A program made the position numbers and the translations under genes. A stretch of 64,000 bases of DNA, from IMG/VR virus record IMGVR_UViG_3300013936_000014; one strand, given 5' to 3'. Every line of letters begins with the position of its first letter. Position 1 is the stretch's first letter. Positions 20,514 through 30,283 of the stretch are shown piece after piece. This stretch comes from a virus (taxonomy: Duplodnaviria; Caudoviricetes). Under the pieces are notes generated by a model. It was not told the DNA's origin. It made no database searches and saw only the letters and a list, made by a program, of their open reading frames with translations.

Positions 20514-21716
20514 TCACTCCAGCCCTCTCATCGTCATCTTGAAAGACGAGGAGATTTCCGCGCCGGTTGGCGATTCGTCGGCTGGCACGAAGCATCTCAC
20601 GGTTATGTCGCCGTTAGGATACAGTTTCTTTCTTCTCAAAGAGAAGCCCACACTGTCCTTCTTGAGCTCGAAATACGGGTTGTTGTATTGGTCGAATTCT
20701 CTCGACTCTGGCCAATTCTCAAGGGCGCACTCGACTTTGAATGCCGAATTCTCCCATTCGCCGTCGTAGGAATCCTTCAACACCGGAACGAATTCGACCG
20801 TCTCCGATCCAAGGTTCGCCGGTATGTAACCAGGCTCTTTGTATTCGATCCTGAATTCCCTGTCATGCGCGTCGTCGACGTCGATCTTCACTTTCGGCTC
20901 TTCCTCATACGCGATGCGGTTGACGAAGTCGTCGTAATGCGATTTCTCCGTGATCTCCATGTATATCCTCATCAGCCCCACATCCATCGGATTGTTGGTG
21001 CTGTTCGAATAGAATTTGTTTATGGCTTTCACCCTATACACCTCATCGTATCCGACGATGAAGCGCTGATTGAGCTTATACGCCATGGTGTATCTGTTGT
21101 GTTGGCAGATGACGGTCAGCCCCGATTGGGGCGATATCGCCACCTCGTTGTACGAAAGGTTGGTCGAGGAAAGGTCTTTTCCAAGTATGGCGGGCTCATA
21201 ATGGTAATGGGAAACCCCCTGCGCGTCCTCATAGACGCTGCCCAAGGTGCCATTGCATCTCTGCGCCACCACGCTTGACGTCACTTTGACGTCATCCCTG
21301 TTCGTCACCAGCCAAACGTTCTTCGATGTTTGTTCCGCGAAAAGGTCGTAATTGGGGGCGAATCTGAATTTGCCTCCTATCCTGAACCTGTCCTCACGGA
21401 TGTTTTTGAATACGAATCTTCTGCAGTCCTCTGAGATATCGGACCCTTTGTCGGTCTTCACCTGCTGGACCACGACCTCTATCGGCTTCCATTCCAGATC
21501 GGGATAGCCTTCGGTTTTCCAGTAATCGCCGGAATTCCATCCATCCTCATATTCGATGGTGACCGCGTTGGGCCTATAGCCCCATTCGGCTTCCACCTTC
21601 TGCTGAAGCGTCCTCAGATAGAAATTGTCCTTATCGTAATTCATCGGGGTTTGCGACAGCGACCCGTAAGCGCTATTGATGGGCATTTTGCCTATGTCTA
21701 TCACTTTATTTGCCAT
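20514..21716 (-). CDS. Putative head-tail/neck protein
   Basis: ORF with GGAGG RBS; synteny. Confidence 0.55.
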   Translation of the reverse strand: MANKVIDIGKMPINSAYGSLSQTPMNYDKDNFYLRTLQQKVEAEWGYRPNAVTIEYEDGWNSGDYWKTEGYPDLEWKPIEVVVQQVKTDKGSDISEDCRRFVFKNIREDRFRIGGKFRFAPNYDLFAEQTSKNVWLVTNRDDVKVTSSVVAQRCNGTLGSVYEDAQGVSHYHYEPAILGKDLSSTNLSYNEVAISPQSGLTVICQHNRYTMAYKLNQRFIVGYDEVYRVKAINKFYSNSTNNPMDVGLMRIYMEITEKSHYDDFVNRIAYEEEPKVKIDVDDAHDREFRIEYKEPGYIPANLGSETVEFVPVLKDSYDGEWENSAFKVECALENWPESREFDQYNNPYFELKKDSVGFSLRRKKLYPNGDITVRCFVPADESPTGAEISSSFKMTMRGLE

Positions 21717-21741
21717 CGTCAACCTCCGTTTGTCTCACTCC

Positions 21742-22128
21742 CTATTTGCCTTCCTTGTGGAAAGCGCCGCGGGCGGCGGCTTGTCTGAGGGAAGCGTTTA
21801 TGAGACCGTCCACTATCCCCCTACATTCCATGATCTGGCGCTTGATCTGCGCATGGGTCATGGTTTTGTATTTCTCCTCATCGTACAATCCGTGGACTTT
21901 CACCAAAACCTTGGTGAGTTTCTCGTCGCACAGCACGTTGGAGGAAGCAAGCTCGTAGACGAATCCGTAGAACCACAGGGAGATATCCTGCTCTCCTCTG
22001 GACTCCGCCTCGATCATATACAACAATTTTATCAATTGGGATCTGAGATCCCTGAAGCACTGGACCTCGCCTTCTGGGGTCAGCCTTATGGCTTCTCTCT
22101 CTTCTTTGAGTTCTTCGTTATTTGCCAA
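21742..22128 (-). CDS. Hypothetical virion-module protein
   Basis: ORF; synteny. Confidence 0.55.
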   Translation of the reverse strand: MANNEELKEEREAIRLTPEGEVQCFRDLRSQLIKLLYMIEAESRGEQDISLWFYGFVYELASSNVLCDEKLTKVLVKVHGLYDEEKYKTMTHAQIKRQIMECRGIVDGLINASLRQAAARGAFHKEGK

Positions 22129-22810
22129 AGCGGTACCCTCCTGTGGGCGTTGAGCCGATTCTCCAAGTAAGCTCAGAGATCAGCGTGTCCATGTCATGAT
22201 TGATTTGGTTATGCCATTCAACTTTCGCCTTTGCCGAATTTGCCGGGCTGTAGAAACTCAGATCGGAATCCGAAAATATGTTTCTCATCTCTATCGCGCG
22301 GTTCATTTCCACGTCCCCCCATGCGGAAAGGACGCCGTAAGCCAGGATGTTCTTGACCTTCTCCAACATCGCTCTTATGTTGAAGTCGCCTCTGAATACC
22401 CCCTTGAAGTCCGCTTCGAATGCGCCGGCATAGTACCATGTCACGGTCAGTTTCTCCGTCTCCAGAACGGGCCTTTCGATCTTTACCGTATTGGTCTCAG
22501 GATCGTATTCGCCTCTCACTGGCTTGCCGCAGATGCGGTAGCTTATGGCGGAATTGTCAACCGGATGCGATACCAAAGCGTAAGTATCCACGTCTTCGCC
22601 ATCAATGATCTCGACTTTGCCGACCGGGTCTGAATAGACCGTCAGCTTATCCGTGATCTCCGTCGGGCTCGTCCATTTGTGGAGCCCGTTTATGAGAAAA
22701 GGCCTCATCTCCTGCTGAAAGCCAGCGGGATCGAGGACATAATCTCTTCTGATATCGGGGTCGTCAAAAAGATTGACTGCCCTATCGAATATCTCGCTGA
22801 ATAGGATCAT
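22118..22810 (-). CDS. Putative head-tail adaptor
   Basis: FSEIFDRA N-terminus, DLSFYSPAN motif; synteny. Confidence 0.55.
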   Translation of the reverse strand: MILFSEIFDRAVNLFDDPDIRRDYVLDPAGFQQEMRPFLINGLHKWTSPTEITDKLTVYSDPVGKVEIIDGEDVDTYALVSHPVDNSAISYRICGKPVRGEYDPETNTVKIERPVLETEKLTVTWYYAGAFEADFKGVFRGDFNIRAMLEKVKNILAYGVLSAWGDVEMNRAIEMRNIFSDSDLSFYSPANSAKAKVEWHNQINHDMDTLISELTWRIGSTPTGGYRFGK

Positions 22811-22847
22811 TTTCTGACGCCTCCTTTGATTCAAACAAAAAATCCCT

Positions 22848-23540
22848 TTACGCCAAATCTATCGGGCGCAGCTTCAGGTCCATGCCGCTGGCTTCGATGG
22901 CCTCTCTGGAGAAGCCGTTGCTCGTGAGCCTGTTGAGCATGTCTATCTTGCTGCGATCGTTATATCCAGCCGCGCCTTCTATAAATTTCTGCTTATAGAA
23001 GAGAACGAGGCTCTCTTTCTGGCTGTCCATGGTAAGGGAATCCCATAAGGACTCGACCTCGGATGCCGTCATGCGCCCAAGCTTGTTCAGGGTGTCCGCT
23101 CCAAGCTTAAGCTGACTGAAGGTGTAGACGCCTTTTTCCGCGGCGACTTTAGCATCTTTGTCTGCCAAAGCCAGAATCCCTTGGTCGAACCACGAGCGGT
23201 ATTTGCCGACGAGGGCGTCCAATTGGGATCTGCTGAGAGAGAAAGTCTCTCCGTACTTAGTGCAATGCAGGCTCAGCCCCGAGCCTTCCACGAATAGATA
23301 GCCTGGGCTGGCGGAAGCATAGACCAAAGTGACGTCTGCGGACGAGGCGGCGTAAGCTGTTTGGGCCGCTGTAGACGTCTGGGCCTTCAGCAGCTGAGCC
23401 TGCATCTCCTGCAGCATCTGCATCATCTTCGCGTTCATGTCCTGCGAAGCCTTCAATTGAGCCGCAAGGGATTCCTTCTCGGAATCTGCGGCGGCGACCG
23501 GCGCTTTTGGGGCGACGGTTGTTTTCTTTGTTTCTGACAT
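22848..23540 (-). CDS. Hypothetical protein after the capsid gene
   Basis: ORF with AAGGAG RBS. Confidence 0.6.
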   Translation of the reverse strand: MSETKKTTVAPKAPVAAADSEKESLAAQLKASQDMNAKMMQMLQEMQAQLLKAQTSTAAQTAYAASSADVTLVYASASPGYLFVEGSGLSLHCTKYGETFSLSRSQLDALVGKYRSWFDQGILALADKDAKVAAEKGVYTFSQLKLGADTLNKLGRMTASEVESLWDSLTMDSQKESLVLFYKQKFIEGAAGYNDRSKIDMLNRLTSNGFSREAIEASGMDLKLRPIDLA

Positions 23541-23575
23541 ATTGATTTATATCTCCTTTTACCTCAAGGGCGGAT

Positions 23576-25336
23576 TCATTTCACCGAATACACCCATACT
23601 TTGTTTCCCGAGTCAAAAATACGCTTATATCCTTGCTCATGCATTATTTTATCTTCGTCTTTCATCTGACACGAATATCTGGATCTCACTTCACCCCTCC
23701 TCTTCCACCAAACGTAATTCGGCTTCGAGATATGGTCCAGAGTGAAACCCAGCTTTTCATACAGATCACCTCTCATTTTAGAGATGTCGCTGTAAGAAAT
23801 GATCTTCTGACCAGAGACGGCGTTTTTCTTTAGGAAATAGGAAAACAATTTGCTGGCCCCTCCCAAAACGCGCACGTTCCGGAGAGAGCAGTATCTCGAT
23901 ATCTCCCAATCGCCGGCTTTCGAGAATCTAGGTTTGCAAAAACTCATGAGAGCCACGAGTTGGCTACCGTCATAGAGCCCATAGCAGACAGAGCAACGGT
24001 CGTTGCCTTGGAGGTGATTGGCATCCAAAAATGCTTTTTTGTCCTTTTTAACAATCTCCTTGACAGCGGTGTCTCTCGCATAAATGCGACGAGCGCCGTC
24101 ATCTGAGAGGAGCTCTCGGATAATGCTAAGCATTTTTTCCTTTTTTGTCGGATTCTCCCATTCATATTCGAAAATATTGAAAATGAAAACCCCTTTTTGC
24201 AGCGCCAACAAAGATTTTCTCTGATGATACAGGAGATCTTTTCTGGCCTCGCTGTGCCAATAGCTTCTGTTGAACTCGATACCAATCTGCCTGGCTGGAA
24301 CGTAGAAATCTATTTCTTTTCCAGAAAGGACCGACCTGTCGTGCTCGACGAAATCGACATTCATCCCTACCAAAAACGATTTTATTTCCTTCTCCGGCAA
24401 AAAATCGCGGTATCCTATCAAATCCTGCATGCCCCAAGCGTTGATTTTGTGGCCAACAGCTGTTTCGCTGCAACCAAGGTCCGCCGCAATCTCTACTATG
24501 GTCGGTTTTTCACCACCATATTGAGAAGAAATAAAATCACGAAGGTTTTCTTTTGTTGATAAGACCGATACGGCCCCTTGCGTCGCATGAATCTGACCCA
24601 CATGCTCAACCCCATACTTCTCATGCATGCCTTCCTTGAATTTTTTGCGGAATTCCTCATTTTGCATAGGGCTTTTGGCGCCGTATTTTGCCAAATTGGC
24701 ATCTTTTATTTTCTTCTTTATCTCCTCAGAGGCAAAGACATTATCAACGCCATATTTACTACGCACAGTAGCAATGGCTTTGTTTTGAACCTCTTCGCTT
24801 TTGAGGCAGCAGTCAACGCCATATTTTTGCAAGCAGGTGTTTTTTCTGCACTCTGAGATTTCCTCTGCGGTTTTTTTCACCCCGAATCTCTTCAAAAGCT
24901 TTTGGGCGGTGCTTTGGTTCATGCCGAATTTCTCCGCGCATTCCGCAAGGCTGTGTTTCCGCAGGCAATAGTAGTCATAGAATTCCTCTTTCGTAGGCGT
25001 TTTGTAATGCTTTGAAAGCGAATCTTTGATCTTCGATACCACATCGGCCCTCTTGGAGACGTTATCTACCCCGTATTTGCCGAAGCAGGTCTCTTTTCTT
25101 CTTTCCAGGGCCTTTGCGTTGAGCTTTTCCCTGGAACCGTATTTCTCCTCTATGGATTTGCTGATGGACTGTTTGAGCAAAGCTGCGTCTTTTTTGATGC
25201 CATAATGGGAAAGCCAATGACTTATGGTCGAAACCGACACGTGATAATGGGAGGCCAATTCGTCCTTCCTGAGATTTTCCAGTATGTATTTGGAGCGAAG
25301 CTCCTCTTTGTCTGGCATGTCGATTTTTTTGCCCAT
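23576..25336 (-). CDS. Free-standing Hef-like homing endonuclease 2
   Basis: KYGVDN repeats; EIDFYVPARQIGIEFNRSYWH; HLQG/GGASKL/SYSD; RBS before MGKK at 25336. Confidence 0.8.
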   Translation of the reverse strand: MGKKIDMPDKEELRSKYILENLRKDELASHYHVSVSTISHWLSHYGIKKDAALLKQSISKSIEEKYGSREKLNAKALERRKETCFGKYGVDNVSKRADVVSKIKDSLSKHYKTPTKEEFYDYYCLRKHSLAECAEKFGMNQSTAQKLLKRFGVKKTAEEISECRKNTCLQKYGVDCCLKSEEVQNKAIATVRSKYGVDNVFASEEIKKKIKDANLAKYGAKSPMQNEEFRKKFKEGMHEKYGVEHVGQIHATQGAVSVLSTKENLRDFISSQYGGEKPTIVEIAADLGCSETAVGHKINAWGMQDLIGYRDFLPEKEIKSFLVGMNVDFVEHDRSVLSGKEIDFYVPARQIGIEFNRSYWHSEARKDLLYHQRKSLLALQKGVFIFNIFEYEWENPTKKEKMLSIIRELLSDDGARRIYARDTAVKEIVKKDKKAFLDANHLQGNDRCSVCYGLYDGSQLVALMSFCKPRFSKAGDWEISRYCSLRNVRVLGGASKLFSYFLKKNAVSGQKIISYSDISKMRGDLYEKLGFTLDHISKPNYVWWKRRGEVRSRYSCQMKDEDKIMHEQGYKRIFDSGNKVWVYSVK

Positions 25337-25398
25337 AGAGTCTCCTTTCCGCAACAAAGCGATATGGTTGTGGGTCAGCTTTTGCCAACCCACAACCT

Positions 25399-25427
25399 AT
25401 CATAATGCAAAATTACTTCGATTGCAA
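25399..25427 (-). promoter_or_regulatory. Sigma-A promoter of Hef-like gene 2
   Basis: TTGCAA-17-TATGAT immediately after the capsid stop. Confidence 0.6.
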
Positions 25428-25431
25428 GCTA

Positions 25432-26520
25432 TTAAGCGAGCTTGATGGTTCCATATTTTGAACCAGTGATGGTAGAGACGCCATAACGCATCTCAACAGA
25501 CAATCCAAGACGGCTGTCAGAGCACATTTCAGGAACGAAATTCACAGAGACCTCATTGCCTTCGAAGACGATCTTGACAGGTTTATCACCAGCGGCAGGG
25601 ATCATATACATGACCTTGTTGTCAAGAGCGAGCTTGGCAGTGGTGTTGGTGGTTCCAGGAACCAAAACGTTGTCAACCGCGATGATTGGGGTGCCGAGAT
25701 ATTGATCGAGGTAACCGACTTTGTTCATCTCTTCGCCGACTTGGACTTGGTAGTTGCCTTGCAGGGAAAGAGCGCTCAAAGCGACCGGGGTGCCAATGAC
25801 AATGACGTTCATTCCGCCATTGGCAGCAGAGACTTTGGCCTTAAGATCTCCGAAGAGTTCCGGGGTAACGCCATTGATGGTGTAGGCAGAACCGAATTCG
25901 GTGGTGGCAGCGGTCATTCCTTTAATGGCTTTGATGAAGATGTGGGCCATGAAGGAACGAGCGATGCGAACGCCCCAAGAGCCGATGTTGAAAACACCGG
26001 AGGCCAATGGATACCAGTCAATGTGGGTATCGATGGTGTGATTGGTGGCATTGACAGTGATTTCGTTGTCGAACAGAGGTTGATCGACGCCTTTGCGGAC
26101 GCCTTCGCCTTTGCTGTTGACGCGGAATAGGTCATTGCTCTCAATGACGAATCTCGCAGTTTCGCCGTAACCAACTTGATGAACTTCAGCAATGAATCTT
26201 GCGAAAGCATCATTAACGACTTCTGGGACAATGGCAGAGACGATTTGAGCCAAAACGACATCAAAGTTCTCGCGGACGTTGGTGCTGTTCTTGACCTGGG
26301 AATGATTGAAGACTTTCAGGCCTTCGTTTTCATACATGGCTTCGAATTTGGTGCCTTCGACAGCGAATTTGGCCATTCCTTCAAGGACAGCTTTGTTCTT
26401 TTCGTCATAATCAGCAGGTTTCTTGCCATCGTAGTAGTCTCTCGCTAATTCAAGAGCGGAGTCAACGATAGCGTTTTGATTCTCGTTGCTGGAACGAGTG
26501 TAGTTGAACATCTTTAACAT
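25432..26520 (-). CDS. Major capsid protein (putative)
   Basis: 362 aa; biased codon usage; position after protease/scaffold and decoration genes. Confidence 0.75.
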   Translation of the reverse strand: MLKMFNYTRSSNENQNAIVDSALELARDYYDGKKPADYDEKNKAVLEGMAKFAVEGTKFEAMYENEGLKVFNHSQVKNSTNVRENFDVVLAQIVSAIVPEVVNDAFARFIAEVHQVGYGETARFVIESNDLFRVNSKGEGVRKGVDQPLFDNEITVNATNHTIDTHIDWYPLASGVFNIGSWGVRIARSFMAHIFIKAIKGMTAATTEFGSAYTINGVTPELFGDLKAKVSAANGGMNVIVIGTPVALSALSLQGNYQVQVGEEMNKVGYLDQYLGTPIIAVDNVLVPGTTNTTAKLALDNKVMYMIPAAGDKPVKIVFEGNEVSVNFVPEMCSDSRLGLSVEMRYGVSTITGSKYGTIKLA

Positions 26521-26539
26521 ATTCTCGTTTCCTCCTCAA

Positions 26540-27067
26540 TTATAGGCTGACAACTTCGCAAAGGAAGATGTTGCCATTGGCTTTCATACCGACGGTCATG
26601 CCTTTTTCGGCAATGATCTTGACGGCATAGCCGGAAGCCGGCTTCTCGTCAGCGACTTTGTGCGTATACTTGCCAGCTTCGGCAGTGGCGAATTTGCCAA
26701 CGGTCGGAGCGGCGTCGAAATTGTCTTCGGCAAGCCAGAACTTGTCGTGAAGGGCCAAACGGCGGACGCGGAAGACCTCGCCGGCAGGGATCATCAAATC
26801 GTGCAATTTGACTCCCAATTTGTATTCGTTGCCAGCAATAGCGCCTTCGGAAATACCGGCATAATCGGCGATGACGACTTCTTCGCCATCAGCAGGCTTT
26901 TCGGCCTTGTAAGTATCATATTCGGCATCCCCGTAGACGTCGTCGGTGACAAGATCACCCAATTTGACGAGGGAGCCATCTTTGATAGCCTCGGCAGCTT
27001 TGGCATTAGCAAGCATGCTATCCAAAACATTAGAGGCCATTTTTCCAGAATAAACCATGTTTTTCAA
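26540..27067 (-). CDS. Putative capsid decoration/cement protein
   Basis: 175 aa; immediately upstream of the major capsid gene. Confidence 0.6.
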   Translation of the reverse strand: MKNMVYSGKMASNVLDSMLANAKAAEAIKDGSLVKLGDLVTDDVYGDAEYDTYKAEKPADGEEVVIADYAGISEGAIAGNEYKLGVKLHDLMIPAGEVFRVRRLALHDKFWLAEDNFDAAPTVGKFATAEAGKYTHKVADEKPASGYAVKIIAEKGMTVGMKANGNIFLCEVVSL

Positions 27068-27101
27068 TCTCCTTTATATTCATCAATATATGAGAACAAC
27101 G

Positions 27102-28820
27102 TTATTTTTCGCCTTTGCTATAAGCTTTGAGCGTGTCCCATGAGGACTTCTTCCTGGAAGACTTTTCGGCTTGGTCTCCGGAAAACACCTCAGGGTTGCT
27201 TATAGGCAACGATATATCGTTGTTTCCATCTTTGTTGCGATTGCTGTCGAACACAGCAACGGCGATATCGGTTTTCAAAGTATCGATATCATGATACTTG
27301 CCATCCTCGCATTCTTTGCAGAATTTCTCTTGAATGGACTTGTCGCATCCGGAAGAAGCGACGAAGGAAATCGCTTTGGAAACGAATTCCTTGCGTTCAT
27401 AATCCGCGATTCTCCTCTTGTCTTCCTCATTTGTCTTTGAGAGTTCCGCGAATTTCTTCTCGGACTCCCCGCATTCATGTTCGAGTGAAGCACATTTTGC
27501 CTCAAGCTCTTCATATTTCTTGCATGATTCCTCGCAATTTTCGTATGAGAGAAGCTTCTCTTCTTCGGAAGGGTCCATGACTTCGGCGTCCTCCGCGAGG
27601 CTGCCGACGGCTTTGGCCAGCAGACCAGTGACCTTTTCCAGGTTCTTCTTCGCTCTTTTGACAACAGCCACGACATAGTCGGCATTCTTGATAGAATCCC
27701 TATTGTCGCTGTAATAACCTATGCACCCGTCGAAACTGTCTAAGTCATATTTAAGTCCGGACATCAGGCAAGCCAAATCATAAACCCCGTCGTTTTTGAG
27801 GGGTTCGTCTTCAGACTCTGCCTTGATTCCCTCTTCGGGCTCGTCTTCCTCGAGCGATTCGCAGTGATGCTCTTCCTCTTCAGACTCCTTATGAGGCTCT
27901 TCATGCTCGCCCTCATCATGCTCGTCTTCATCATGGCCGTCTTCATCATGGCCGTCTTCATCATGGCCGTCTTCATCATGATCCGGTTCGGGTTGGGCTT
28001 CGTCTTCCTCATTATTCTCTTTTTTCTCTTCCGAGGACTCTTCCGAAGATTCAAAATCTTTCTTTTCCTCTTCGGGTTTCGTCTCTTCTTCATCCAGCAT
28101 ATCCTTTGCCTCCTCTTTTGACTCGTCCCCCTCAAGTTTGGCATAAGCCATCCTCAATTCGGAGCTTTGTCTCTCATAGTTGTCCGTGCCGACCATGTCG
28201 AGCACCGACAGTTCGGCATCTTCGATGCCAGGCTCGATCTTTTTGCCGTTCCTCGATCCAAGTATCGTTATTCCGACAAGCTTGAAGTCGTTTATCTTCA
28301 TGACGCCGTTCGGCAGATTGTCGTAATCGAGGACGTCTATCTCGACGGAGATGTTCTTCGTCGGGCCTCCTTGTTTTTGGGCTCTGAGAGCGTCTTTCAG
28401 CAATCTCTTCACCTGCTTGAAGGAATATTGCGTCCAAAGGGCGCAGGTAAGCGTTATCCACTTCAACCCGCCATCTTCCACGATTTTCACCTCATCCTCG
28501 GATCTTATCAGCCCAAGGATTCTCTCGCCGTTGGAGCCAAGGGTGTTCCAATAGGACATCCCCGTCTCCCCATCTTTCTCCCAAGAGCCGTTATGGCTCT
28601 CGAAATCGCCATTGCTGAAGCATCCCAGAATAGGCTTGTTGTAAAATGTCGGCAAAGCCTTTTCCATGGCCTCCGGAGTGAACCAGGACATATTCCTGTT
28701 GGGGTTCGCGTCGCTGATGGCTTTCATGGAAAGCTCAAGGAAATCCTTTTTGAGCAGCTTCTTGATTTTGATCTGCCTGGCGTCAACGTCGAACACCATT
28801 TTCTTATTGCTGTTTAGCAT
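27102..28820 (-). CDS. Prohead protease/scaffold protein
   Basis: NRNMSWF...KPILG...H...ISVEI...ITILG protease-like N-domain; acidic and coiled-coil C-terminus. Confidence 0.7.
   Translation of the reverse strand: MLNSNKKMVFDVDARQIKIKKLLKKDFLELSMKAISDANPNRNMSWFTPEAMEKALPTFYNKPILGCFSNGDFESHNGSWEKDGETGMSYWNTLGSNGERILGLIRSEDEVKIVEDGGLKWITLTCALWTQYSFKQVKRLLKDALRAQKQGGPTKNISVEIDVLDYDNLPNGVMKINDFKLVGITILGSRNGKKIEPGIEDAELSVLDMVGTDNYERQSSELRMAYAKLEGDESKEEAKDMLDEEETKPEEEKKDFESSEESSEEKKENNEEDEAQPEPDHDEDGHDEDGHDEDGHDEDEHDEGEHEEPHKESEEEEHHCESLEEDEPEEGIKAESEDEPLKNDGVYDLACLMSGLKYDLDSFDGCIGYYSDNRDSIKNADYVVAVVKRAKKNLEKVTGLLAKAVGSLAEDAEVMDPSEEEKLLSYENCEESCKKYEELEAKCASLEHECGESEKKFAELSKTNEEDKRRIADYERKEFVSKAISFVASSGCDKSIQEKFCKECEDGKYHDIDTLKTDIAVAVFDSNRNKDGNNDISLPISNPEVFSGDQAEKSSRKKSSWDTLKAYSKGEK
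27900..27981 (-). repeat. 15-bp tandem repeat encoding (HDEDG)n
   Basis: catcatggccgtctt x3 plus degenerate copies. Confidence 0.85.
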
Positions 28821-29742
28821 CGCCGTTGCCTCCTTTCTTGAATTCCTGTCTCATCTCCTCGTCCACGGCGCTAGCCTTGAAGACTCCGGAAATGCTGTCC
28901 GCCGCACGCGTGACAGGCACTTTTCTCGCGTGCCATTCCTTATCGCCCCATTCCGGGTGAAGGTCCATGTACTCGGATACCAGGAATCCAAGCATCACCT
29001 CGTCGTTCTTGTCATATACCGCCTGCATGATGGCGCTTTTCGCCCCTCTGTCTTTGAAAAACTGATAGGAAGCGGGATCATCGCGCAATTCTTCGACGTT
29101 CTTGATGATCAGACCTTTTCTGCTGGCATCCATTCTGTCAAGCAGAGAAGAGTATATGGCAACCTGGTAATCCTTCAACCTGCCTCCGACCGAGGCCAGA
29201 TTGTCGTCCCACGACTCCCCCATAAGGCTGAATTTATAGAAGTTGATGTTGTTCAGGGAATGCGACCCATTATGGAACATACAGAAAAAGGCTCTTTGCG
29301 AGCAGGTCTTTTTCATCACCGAATCCAGCGTCTCTTTAATGAACTTCCTGAATTCGACGTTCTTCTTCTCCTCTTCGGGGGAATATTTCTTTGGGAGGGA
29401 ACTCTCATTGAGGACCGTCAGCATCTTATTAATGGCGGAGGATTGGGCTTCCATCCATTTCTCCATCATGCTTTGCTGCGATTCCATCCATTGCTTGTTG
29501 CCCTCCTGCTCTTTCATGAACATGTCATGAATCTGTTTGGAAGCGTCGACCGACTTCTGCATCACGGCTTCCTCCCTTTTGCTGATGTCTTCATTTCTTT
29601 TCGTTATTTCCTCATTGTGCGCCTGGAATTGCTTCGATGCAATCCAAAGGCCGACTCCAATGGCAACCAAGACAACGCCGCTGATTCCCAGCTCCACCCA
29701 ATGACTGACGCCCATGTCAGTCAGCATATTCACCATTGCCAT
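28804..29742 (-). CDS. Membrane protein: TM, coiled coil and GAF-like domain (T-holin-like?)
   Basis: TM WVELGISGVVLVAIGVGLW; RAFFCMFHNG motif. Confidence 0.5.
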   Translation of the reverse strand: MAMVNMLTDMGVSHWVELGISGVVLVAIGVGLWIASKQFQAHNEEITKRNEDISKREEAVMQKSVDASKQIHDMFMKEQEGNKQWMESQQSMMEKWMEAQSSAINKMLTVLNESSLPKKYSPEEEKKNVEFRKFIKETLDSVMKKTCSQRAFFCMFHNGSHSLNNINFYKFSLMGESWDDNLASVGGRLKDYQVAIYSSLLDRMDASRKGLIIKNVEELRDDPASYQFFKDRGAKSAIMQAVYDKNDEVMLGFLVSEYMDLHPEWGDKEWHARKVPVTRAADSISGVFKASAVDEEMRQEFKKGGNGDAKQQ

Positions 29743-29761
29743 AAGATTGCCCGCCTTCCCG

Positions 29762-30259
29762 TTATTTGAGATAATGGGTGTAGTCGGCAATGTGAATGTT
29801 GAGTTCGGAATCCCCAAGTGCATCAGTTGCGTCAAGCCATTCAGCGGCTTGTTTTCTCAGAGGAAGAACCCTGTCAACCAGAAAATTCTCAAGCCATATC
29901 CTCACTTCAACGTCATCATTCATATCGGCATCGTCAATAGACAGGATGACATCCTTTCTCAATTCCTCGAAATAATCGGACAATTGAGCAAAAACCTCTT
30001 TCGCGTTTCCGTATTCGTCTTTGTAATCCGGCGTCCCATATCTCACCGCTCTGCCGCCCAGCTTATCCATGAAATCGCTGACATCGTCAGCGAGCTCCGG
30101 CAACCTGTGTGCGACTGGCGCATGAAGGGCGTCAGCCAGATTGTTCAGATGCAAATGCTGCAGATTATAGCAAAGATTGTCTATCTTTGCGTTGCCGTTA
30201 AATAAAACCTGCAAGACTCTATTGAGCGATTCTTGCGTTTTTTCAGTCATTAACAACAT
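29762..30259 (-). CDS. Ferritin/Dps-like protein
   Basis: 165-aa four-helix pattern, H..AH...ELADDVSDFMDKLGG. Confidence 0.55.
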   Translation of the reverse strand: MLLMTEKTQESLNRVLQVLFNGNAKIDNLCYNLQHLHLNNLADALHAPVAHRLPELADDVSDFMDKLGGRAVRYGTPDYKDEYGNAKEVFAQLSDYFEELRKDVILSIDDADMNDDVEVRIWLENFLVDRVLPLRKQAAEWLDATDALGDSELNIHIADYTHYLK

Positions 30260-30283
30260 CCTCTTGCCCTCCTTATGTTTTTT

